Origin: Laetmonice hystrix
Lineage: Eukaryota
DNA: 64,000 nucleotides
Direction: 5' to 3'
NCBI GenBank assembly: GCA_965235115.1
Contig: OZ249436.1
Coordinates: 59,520,001-59,584,000, forward strand
Positions within the stretch are counted from its first letter, which is position 1. Each line of letters starts with the position of its first letter. The position numbers and the translations under genes are program-made. The notes beneath the pieces were generated by a model. The model made no database searches. It was not told where the DNA came from and saw nothing but the letters and a program-made list of their open reading frames with translations. Positions 53,636 to 64,000 of this stretch are shown here, piece by piece.

Positions 53636-56600
53636 TATACACTAGTACTGAACTGTGTTCATGTTTGCATTGGTTTTTCTTGACCTGTACTTGTAGAAGC
53701 CACCTGTGACCACGGTCAAGAAGCTTGATCGAGCGCTACAGTCGTCATTGATCCAGAGCAGTTCCTCTCTGTGCTCACTTTAACAGATACATTTGTTATG
53801 ATTTAACTATATTTAAGTTGTGCCACAAATAGCTTCCAGCCGTAAATTTATATTATATACAGCAGCTTTGATGGAGGTTTATGGGGTATAGTATCATACA
53901 AAGGTCATAAACAGAGCATACAACTTTCTGAACGAATAACATAGACAAAGGTCTCAGCAGCCGCTCTGGGTGAAATAGATACAAAAGAAGGTGAAAGATC
54001 AAAGGAGGGATGAGCCAGAGCGAGAGAGCCGGTTGATGGAACTGTGCACCAGATGAAAAGAAAATCCAGCTTCTTTTAATCTATTTTGAAAGATTCTATT
54101 TTAAATTGACAGGAAGGAGTAGATTTTACTATTTAGCACTTACATAAATAGGGCAGTCATCCAATTGTGGAAATTAGTTTCATCAGTTATATTTATGTGA
54201 AGTCAACATGTATGGAGTTCAGGATGTTGGCAGATGTCTACAATCAGTCATATCAAAAGAGACGTGCCTGTCAGCATCAAATTGGTCAAATTTAGTTTGT
54301 GACATTTGCAGATCTTTTTCCTTAGAGTGAATGAAATCGAAATACAGGGAAAACGCTGAAAGGTCAGCATTGGTATAAATCGTTAATATATTGCTAATCG
54401 TCCAGCCACCGCGAGGGGAGGGGGCCAGGGTCGGGCATGAATGACGGTAGTGACAACTTCCTGGCTTGCGTAGAAGTCGTAAGCAATCAAGGAAGTTGGT
54501 TTTTCTCACCTCATATCTGATCCACCAAAGATTTTGGTGAGTTTTCTACATTATGGAAGTGTAATGCCCACGTTTGCTGTCCATATAAACAAATGTTATG
54601 GTGAAGTTAAGTGTTGTGTGATGTGATTTTTTAAAGGAAATCAGTGGTAATCAGTTATATTTATTGTGGATAACCTATAGGGCGGATTGTAAGATGGTGG
54701 AATCACGTCTTGCGGTCTGTCAGTGGAGTAGCCATTGTGACCGGACGGAGAGTAAGAGAGATGGAGAGAGGGGGCCTGAGTGGATACCAGGGTATGATGT
54801 AGAGACATCAGGGAGAGGTGGAGGACACAGACTGGTGACTGTACATGGAGATTGTGACGGCGAGTATTGGCACCAGTCCAAGTAGGTGACTGCGGGGACA
54901 TCTGAGGGACCCCCCCCCCCCCCCCCCCCGGCAGGTATGCCAGCCCTTCCCTCCGACTGGCCACCCACCACCAATACCTTCAACATGGTCACCGTTTGTC
55001 CTGACACTGCCATATCCATGCAGCCGACCTGTTCAACACGGTCAATCTCGCAGTTCTCGGTGTCGGTACACAAGCATTTCCCATTATAATCACCTGGCTG
55101 TCAATAATCACTCATTAGCATAAATGATTGCCCTAAATTCCACAGACAGGACACAGAAGACATGCGGGGTTGGCAAATAGAGGTAGAGAAGATAAAAGCC
55201 AACGTTGCTTTTCGTATGGGTGGAGCCCAGCATCCAGCGTCAGTGGTTGAGTTGATGGGCAGAAGTTGTACCCGACACCAAGTGAAATGTCAAAAGGTAG
55301 CCACAGCCCATCATCCAGGTGTGGTGTGCCGGGAGGCCATTATGATTAAGCAGGTTAGGCAGCGGGGCCAACTAACCAACCAGATTAGTGTTGAATTAGT
55401 CTACCCCGGACCTACACTTACTTGCCATTTGCCATTAACTCGGCCGCCGCGAAAATCAGAAGTAAACCTGGCCCTCATTGCACTTGATCCTACTTAGTTC
55501 AGAAGGGAATTTGAAATTTGACCGTGGTGCATTAACAAGAAAAGAGTGATGCGCGCTAACAAGAATATTCTTTTGAAAACCAGCTTTATTACGTTGTAAA
55601 TCTGAGACCTGTATGTTTTTCACCCTCAAGATGAACATCAGGTGATTTATAATAGCGAAACATCTTGGATTTCTCAGAAAGCTAATGAATTTTCACCTTT
55701 TGTTGTGATGCAAATTCTCAGGAAGACCACGTGAAGCTTGAAGGCGATGCTTGAGATTTACTAGTCGTGCGGAAGCTCCGCGCTCTCCTGTAACTTGAGC
55801 AGTGTACCTTTGTTAGAGACTGCTAAATGAAAGTGAAATGTACGAACTGGTGCTAGCTGTAGATTGGTTGAGTTCATAGCTCGGTTCCATTCATGGTTAA
55901 GATTAGAGACAGGGGAAAATATGATAGTATCCCATATATTATGTCAATGATAGGTGAGGCATATAAAAATTATTCCTATTGAAGCATCTGTAAAACGCAC
56001 CATGTGGAAAGGCCAGAATAAAGAGATAAATAAACACTCCGACCCCGTACTACCCCCCCCCCCCCCCTCTCCCAATACAGTGTGGTATAGAGGATGGTGA
56101 ACTGGATCAGTACAACAGGTAGAACATTTCACAGGCTTCACACACACAGGGTGTCAAAGTGATCTGGAAAGTGCAGGTAGCACAGATCACCTGTCTTTGA
56201 CAAACCGGAACGCAGGTATGACAGTCATCGGTTTAAGACTCATCGTCACAAAATTCAGACAGCAGTCTGATTGTAAGACACGGAATGGCCAGTGTATTAT
56301 GCCACGTAGTGTAATTTTATGACGTTGATGTCGGTATACATGTAGTTGTCATTTATAGTCAATACTTCATTTAGACAACATTTTATATTACATAGGCACA
56401 TTTAGCAGAATGAACCTCTTTTTCCATCTGATAATTAGGAATTGAAAATAATATTGTAGAGAAGGAGAAGGTAACAAACAACCCGTATCAGGAAAGTGTG
56501 GTATATCTCTAGTATACAGCAAAAGGCACGGCCATTTGTCATCTAGACGCAGAAATTCTTTGGCATGCAGGGATGGGCGGGGGGGGGGGGGGGGGGGGTC

Positions 56601-59600
56601 GTCTGTTCTTGTTTCTGTAATTGTAGTAAGGTATGAAGCAACGAATGACAATTGCGATCGCGTATGTGAACGAAGCATTGCGGGCAAGAGGCTAAGTTGT
56701 GTTGATAAACACAAACACGCACAACGCTGCTGGAAAACCCATTCAAACACTGAAACCACCCATATTGTAGGCCACCAAAATAGCATCGTACTTTTCATTT
56801 CGCCATCGGCAAAAACCTCATCCCCGGGTGGAATCTTGACGGAGTGTGGTTCTGTTTACGGACGCCATAGGTGGGCCAGGCGGGGGACAGCGCATCTGGG
56901 CACTTCCGGGGCATGTTTTGTACGGGCCGGCCGCGAGATAGATGGAAGTTACTGGGTGAGAGACGATGCTCTGGGCAACCCCGGCCTTCAGGAGTCGGGG
57001 GGGGGGGGGGGGGGGGCTCGGACATGGCCCAGTATTCATAGACCATCTATCTCTGGCACTCATTTGGCAAGTTATGAATGCAATGAGGCCAGCGAAGGGG
57101 GCTGAGCACAGATAGGCAAAATGAGGAGGGCACCATCCCCAGCTAATATTTAACAGCACATTTAAAAACAAAGTGTTATCAGCATTCTCCAGTGAGAGTG
57201 TACATAGATTGCACCTATTTTTTGAATACAGTTGTAATGGGCGGGGGAAGTAGTTCATGTGATCGGCATTTGGTGTGTTCCGTAACTCAATAAAACAGCG
57301 CTATTTGTAAAGGTAATTAATGTTGATAAACGGGTCCGAATGGGAGGATTGCCCTTGTGTTTATCCTGGGTGATCTTTGACCCCACAGGGTCAGATGATG
57401 ATGAGGAGGACTCTAAGTCTGCCAGCTGTAGGCTGGTCTAGCCAGGCTTGGCATGGTAAGAGGGTGAAGTCTGTGGGCCTGCCAGACACAGGCGGGCTCC
57501 CATCCTTTCCAGCTGGTTTCCGTCAATACAGACTGTATTTTGTGGCGTTGGGAGTAGTTGGGTTGTGAATATTTAAACAGGATCACAACATGAAGGAGAA
57601 GATGGTGAATAGGCACATGGTGTTGTTGTGAGGGCCAAGGAGGCAGAGCCATAACCAGCAGGAACGGGCGACAGACGGGGCTTTCATTGAGGGCTCTCCT
57701 TGGGTGCTGTGCGGCTGCATGGCTATTGAGTCACTCACTTTGATGTGTGGCTGCCATGATTAATATTTCAAACAAATTTGATTGGGTAACTTGCTAATAA
57801 GGTCATTGTTGTTTGGTGAAAGCAAGACATTAATAAATGAGGAGCATGGACCACCTGAATGGTTTATCGACCACAGGTGAGGTGCGCCACCGGAGCATGA
57901 ACAAAAGCATGAACAAGACATCACCCATTTCGTTTAACTGCCAGTTACGAGGACAGCTGACTCAGCTTCCGATAGAAGACACGCTGCCGTTTCTAGAATC
58001 AAAACAACAACAGCGTCAATAACAAACAGTAACGTCAGTAACGAGCCAGTGGATGATAACCTGTTAAAATGTCAGCAGTTCAGCTTTGAACCCCATATGC
58101 AGGATCAAACCTCCATTAGATCAGGCAGTAAAAAGGCGGTTGTTTATGACGTGACTAAGTTACTGAGATGTGTGAGGAGAGCGACCGTGACTTGTTGAGA
58201 TGTCCACCTGTGTCACCGTGACTCGACCTGTCAGTTTGATGCAGGTGTATAGACAAACTGCAGCAGTCAGAATGTCCAACCTCCGGGCGACAGACTGGCC
58301 ACATTGGAAGGCCTGCCTAACTCCTGCCCAACACCACACAATGCCAGCACTCGCAGGCTGTCTGCTCTGAGTAAATACACTGTAGCAACTAATGCCAACA
58401 TCAAAAGGCAGTTGTGTCCTGCGCCAATGTCAGTCCTGAATCTGACCTGCTCTGCCAGGCCAGATACAAATACGACTGATAGGGCCTGGAATTAAATATT
58501 CATCACACTGTTGGTTGTCGGCTGGATTGGGGCGTTGGAGTGGTTGGGGCGGGGGGGCGGTGGGAAAGAGCCGAGGGCTGGGGCTGGCCAGGTAGGTTTT
58601 CCCGGGGCCAGCAGTGGTCGAGGCCGGCCATACGGTGGAGGCCTCCTCGGGGAACTCTCCTTTCTCCTGCTTCCCTCAGTGTGCAGATTTGCTATCAATT
58701 GCTAATGGGTCTGTATTTGGTGGCCAATAGATAGGCGATCCCAGTGGGGTTGTTTGAAAGGAAGCCTGAGTCACTGATGCCCAGTCTAGTGGGGGCACCC
58801 CATTTCTGGGCTGACCTTGACACAGTTGCAGATATAAAGAATTGGAAAGAAATATGACAGGTCAATGGTAATGGAAGGGGGCATATCGGCACTGAATACG
58901 CGATCAACGAATCAGTGATGAAAGAAGTAGCGTAAATTCATTTTCTGCATATGTAAAACTCGATTTTATGAATGGCATATTCAAAAATGGAGTGACAATA
59001 TGTGCGGCATCTTCACTGCGCTGACATATTTGTAACACGTAACAGCGAATGTGAATTGTGCATGAGAGGGTCAGGTTTAGCGTGGGAACAAATTAATCAG
59101 GGAAAGACCTGGAGGTGGAATGTTTTAAAAGATGAGGTTCTTATTGATGTGTTAACACCGATGATTATCATGTGATGTCGGTCACTTAGCCTAGCAGTAA
59201 ATGAAATTGGCCATGCTTTCTTCAGTGGCGCCCAAGTCCGTTTAATAATGCACAGCTAATACACGTTAACCATTGTGTCGGGGCTTCGGGTTCAGCTCTG
59301 CCTGTTTCAGGATAACAAACAGCCGAGTATTTAATAGCGTCCATATTTTATGGCCTGATTGAATGGACAGAACTTTTCTTCAAAGCCCATGGAAAAATTA
59401 AACTTATCTAATTAGGTTCAAGTCTTCTTTGGCGGCAGGTTATTGGGCACAATGAGTGGAGTGGTGTGGCTAGGTTTCACTCTGCCAAGAGTGCACAGAT
59501 TTTACATGCGCGACCTAATAGATAAATAGCATGATTAAAATTTATATAGAATTTGCCCAAGAGGTTTTTGTGTTGATAAATTGCATTAATTTAGATATAC

Positions 59601-62600
59601 CTTGGGATTTGAAATTAGTTTTTTTGCCCCCGTAGTGCCGAGAGCGTTGCCAGCTTAGGGATTTGTTTCATCCTGCGGTTATTATCAATTTCAATTTAGC
59701 ATATGCCAAGGTGGATCTAGTTACCCTGAGTGGGGTGAGAAAATGGGACCATGTAATTTGCAGGAAACAGAGGCTTTAGATGACAGCTTAATACACAGTG
59801 GCAGGTCCCGCAGCTTTATATATTAGAACATTTTCACAGGTGTCAGAAAGCCGGAGCCTGTCTGCCTCTTTGAGAGGTAATATCCTGAAAGAAAAGAAAA
59901 GTTCACATCCATGTTATTGAGATATTTCCATGATGGTGCAGGAAATTAGAAACATGTGCCATGGAAACGTCTATTGTGAGGCCTGAAAGAGTCGCTGCTT
60001 TTACGATACTCGTTATAGTAGGAATTAAGTGACAAATTATCTAGTAATACACTTGGCATATGATGAAGTAAACAAGCTTTGGGAAGTTACAACGTCTCTG
60101 GTTGCGTTAGATGGGATAATAATGGCAACCTGTCCCCCCCCCCCCCTCCCACAATGTAATAGTGTCCTTGCAAATCTAATATGCTGACAGTGAAATTGTC
60201 ATAGATTTCTAAAGTTATTGGAAGTCAAGTTTGTAGAATAACAGCTTAAAAAAAAGAAAACAAGCTCACTAATTGCTTTTCCATTTTTGTAAATTGTATG
60301 AGTTCCATGTTGTTCATAGTGGAAGTCTGTCGGATTCAACACATGTTCAATGCAAACATTGACTGGAGCACCGTTTGCCAGGTAACCATCAGTGAACTTG
60401 CGGTTCACCTACTCTCACCTTGTCTGATTGGCCGGGCCTGGTTAGATTCCACACCCCACTGCCCCATTCCACCCCACCCCTACCCCCGGTCCTCTAGCCA
60501 CGGTGTCCATTATTCTAACTGGTCTGTGCGCATATTTCCTGATCACTCGCCCACGGATTAGAGCTATTTCATGTTGGGTAAATCAAATTGGAGCTACTGG
60601 CCACTTGGCCAGGGCAGCAAGCTCCTAAGGTAGAATCAGCCTAATTTGTTTGTACTTGATACTATTACAACCGTAATGGTCGAAGGTTGTAATGGGCGCT
60701 ATTTGGCTGCTTTGGCTATAATTTATTCCCGACCACGTCCTTCCCGTCGGTGACGGGAGGTTCACGCTCGCAGACCTGGCACTAGTGCTTCACATAAATA
60801 GCCCCCCCCCCCTGTTTTTCCCAGGTGGGGCAGAGTCGGTCAGATTCCTCATTGTTTTAGGAATGTGATTATGTCAGTTATGCTCATTAGGCTTCGAACT
60901 CTAAGTTCAAAGGCTGGAGAATAATTCATTATAATGTCCGTAATTGTAGGCCAAGGAGAAAGGAAAGGGACCTCCCAGAGTCTGGTATCGTGAGACGGCC
61001 TGATTGGTAGTCTCTGACTGGCCCTGCTGAAGACAATTTATTCCCTGATTATTTAACCCCAGTCTCCAAGGTAACATATTTATTGGATGAATATTTCAGG
61101 GCTGTCATAATGGGTTGGAAGGGACACACCCGCCTGATAAAAACAAGTGTCAAGGGAATCTGGCTTAAGACACTTTGAGGGCCGTAACAGCTGTAGATGT
61201 ACCAGCATCGTTTGGTCTTCATTTAAGACTGCCGTGTATAACGCGGGGGAGAAAATATATGTCGGATTATCTCTCCGGTATTTCAAGCATGGATGGTGAG
61301 TGGGGGAAAACAGCAAGGATTCTTACTACTGTGTATCAGGTACAAAACTGTTTACCCTGGTGGTATTTGCCGATGAGTAATGCTTACATCGTGTTTGGGG
61401 TAATTAGGCCGGTACTATCATAGTTAGGTAACCTTCCTAGTCGGTGATCCTTAATGTAAAGTAACTTGATCTATTTGTTGTTATGTATAGGGTTTTGTAA
61501 ACCTTGCATAGGAAGAGTAGGGAATATTGTTGCAGATCATCTGTCGTTCCTACTTATATGAGCCGTCTTCTATTAAAATTGGGGAGAAAAATTACAAGGT
61601 AATATTTTGTTTTTCAAAGTCGATCTGAAAGCAATTGAACATGGATACTGAACAGATTATATTGAGGCCTGAATACAGGTAGCATGAACTGCAGAAACCA
61701 GTTAGGTACAGGCGATGATTGGATCGACAAATGCTGCTGTAGCAGAATAATACGGCAGGACCCTGGGCCTGGCCTTGGACTAATCTAAGAGCCTTTGATC
61801 TTCCAGTGGCTGCCCCTAAGGTGCAGGTGAGAGGACAGGTGATTATTGAGAACCCCAGTTTTCTGCAGAAATTCTACCTGTATTAAGTCATCTCTAATGT
61901 TGTAAAATGGGAAAACGACTGTCTCCTGGCATACATTAACCATATTATGTTTAATACCCAAAAAGCGGAATGTGATACCCTTAAATTCCCTTGTGATCCG
62001 TGAGAAAATTGCAAGTGAATGCAATGTTAGCAAGTGACTCAGATTTGAATGCAAGGATATCACTGAATATTTGACTTGAAAGAAATCGGTCCAATATGGA
62101 GCTTGTATGATGGAGAAGGAGATTACTTTGTGATGCCGAGTCTGAAGTCGGCTTGCAGTCTTGCTGTATTGAGCGATGATCGGGCTGCATGCATGACGGG
62201 ACAGAGATAGACGTGAGATCCGTAATTACCATCATGTGGCCGGAGGTTAAAACAGCATCCACCGTGGCCAGACGCGGAATCACTTTGCCAATACATTTCA
62301 ATACCCAGCCCGCTGAAAGATGAACCGTGAGATGAACAAGTATCGGGAAATTCTTAAATCACTTTTTCAATAGTTGAGTGCCAACGATGAGAATGTAGGC
62401 AGCAATCAATAGCAAACATATAGGCAGGGATCGGCGGTCGCCTTTGAACTTGTGCAAATGCTGGTAAATTGCCTGTCTCTGAGATAATGAGGGCCACAGA
62501 GGCCAGCGGTGGCAGTGGCCCCAAGAATGGGGCCAACTTGGGGCAGCGGCAAGGCCAGGGACAGAGACACAGCAGCGTGGACACAACACCCACCGAAACA

Positions 62601-63052
62601 CGCAGCGCTGTCCACTGCAGCCAACCCTTACATTCATATTGATGCCACACGAACTAAAATCAAATTTTATTACACATACAGTCAGTTTACACATTAGATT
62701 TCATGGGTGGCTGCTGACGCCCCTGTGTAAGTCCACTCTGTATGTGTTTGGGTATTGGGAAGAAAATGGGACTATCAAAAGGACTTCTGCCAGACATTTA
62801 TGGTTCTCTTTAATAGAAAGATTCTGCATTGAATGATTTGACGGTGTTCGTGGTGATGAGTCTGGCTGGGAAGCTGGTGTATGGACTAGGTCCTGCTATC
62901 AGTTTGGAAGGGTTTTCACTGCCTGATACATGCATCATTACTCAAAGCGTTGGGGTCCTCTGGGTTCACGGCATATGATACAGCGTGGAATCTTGGTGGC
63001 GCACAGCGCTGTCTCCAGGCGCTCTCCGCCTGTTCAGGCCACCGTGCGCAAA

Positions 63053-63069
63053 GATCAAAGCCGGCCGCC
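63053..63069. promoter_or_regulatory. Bipartite TCF site: HMG site plus adjacent helper site
   Basis: GATCAAAGC (63053-63061) is followed 2 nt later by GCCGCC (63064-63069). Confidence 0.4.
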
Positions 63070-64000
63070 TGCCTGCCACCCCACCTAAAGAGCTTCCTCG
63101 AAGTCAGTTTGCACATGAATAATTTAATGTGTGTAATTATACCAGATAGCATTCAGGAGGCTGGAAACCAAGGGTTAACGTCAGGGTTATATCACCATAG
63201 GTCACCTTTTGCGTCCGAGTGTCACATGCCCCCTCCCCCAGCAAAAATATAAATAATTTAATAAGTAAAAAACAACATCAGAGAGAATAATATAATAGAA
63301 TAAATACCGGGCAAAGAAAAAATAAGAAATGAAAAGTTTATTGAAGGCCTCATGTTAATTTATTTTTGGTAAGATGACGCCTTGATTAAGCTGGATTAAA
63401 GTGCCAGGGCCTGACCTGCTTTCACATCTGGATTTGTTGGTTGAATATGGATCAGAGTAACCGATTCGAAATGACTACAGTACGGAAAACTCACTAATTA
63501 ATGAAGTCCGCCAGGAGAGGTGGCAGCATTAAAGGATTGGTCAGCTGGCAGCTTGCAGTGGCCGTTCAACTGACCATCACTAATGGTCTGTACACGTCAG
63601 CCATGCAGGTCATTTCTCATGTGAAGTTCACATGTACTGATGGGGAATGCGTCGGCTGGCCGTGTAAAGAAATTATTATACCTACTAAGAAGTACATGAT
63701 AAGTACAAATGTAATCTGCGTGAGAAAATTGTTTCGTTTCATCTGATCAGCTTATCAGGAAGAAGGAATTTTTTTCTGAACTCGCAGTATCGGTCTGTCA
63801 GAATTGGCTTAAAATCGGGTCCAGGATGGTCACGTCAGCCTACCGTGTGTACGGATTCCTGCAAATTCATAATGGTGACAGCATGATATCTTAAAGTAAT
63901 TTGATTAAAAGTTTCTTATTACGAGGACTACATTTAAGCTCTCGGATTTTGAGATCGTTTAATACACAGTGGTCGGCTTAATATTCTGAAACGTTTATCT

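Larger units (their letters stand above)
4522..64000 (+). other. TCF: Very long TCF intron (intron 3), with the remaining exons (linker, HMG box, C-clamp) beyond the window or not recognised
   Basis: No HMG-box (KKPLNAFM...) or IDPKTG-type coding segment was found by eye or in the ORF track after 4521. A very large intron at this position is known in TCF/LEF genes. Short constitutive exons could have been missed. Confidence 0.75.

Noticed and set aside
54910-54940. C20-ggcAG|GTATGC as another recursive site
   Set aside because: The tract is a pure C homopolymer, which is common in this genome and a poor U2AF substrate. No branch point or downstream cryptic donor was evident.
56536-57105. Longest ORF in the track (189 aa), plus other 130-170 aa ORFs such as 43330-43845, 16576-17028 and 45760-46185
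   Set aside because: No recognisable domains or transposon motifs (RT, integrase, transposase). The Gly runs come from G homopolymers, and these lengths are expected by chance in 64 kb over six frames.
60740-60786. GC hairpin followed by CTAGT resembling a Helitron 3' end (also 55740-55772 on the minus strand, and TCTATATATAT at 10-20 as a 5' end)
   Set aside because: Hairpin-to-CTAG spacing is atypical, and no matched 5' and 3' ends or second copy were found.
1-64000. tRNA, tRNA-derived SINE, rRNA, CRISPR or prokaryotic systems
   Set aside because: No paired A-box/B-box, no rRNA-like sequence and no regularly spaced repeat-spacer array. The exon-intron structure shows the DNA is animal nuclear.

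Overview
Eukaryotic (animal) genomic DNA, not prokaryotic. The ORF track, which uses GTG/TTG starts, is almost entirely noise here. The window holds the 5' end of a TCF/LEF (pangolin-type) Wnt-effector gene on the + strand: a CCAAT-rich promoter and three coding exons (3672-3815, 3950-4022, 4427-4521). These encode the N-terminal beta-catenin-binding domain ([28 protein letters not shown]...) and the start of the linker. The N-terminus resembles spiralian/lophotrochozoan TCFs as I recall them, so taxonomy is an inference. From 4522 to the window end there is no recognisable downstream TCF exon (no HMG box), so about 59 kb appears to be one giant intron. The most interesting signals lie inside it. 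(1) A candidate recursive-splicing site (tttttacAG|GTAAGT, 53578/53579) is followed by a 51-nt in-frame cryptic exon and is masked by a U1-mimicking hairpin that includes the branch point. (2) A 78-nt in-frame cassette-exon candidate lies at 34937-35014. (3) Optimal TCF binding sites are in apparent excess (11 SCTTTGATS found by eye versus about 2 expected), several beside C-clamp helper motifs, suggesting autoregulation. (4) Splice signals suggest a spliced antisense non-coding transcript near 30.4-31 kb. The rest is microsatellites, long G/C homopolymers and degenerate short repeats. All counts were made by eye and need computational confirmation.
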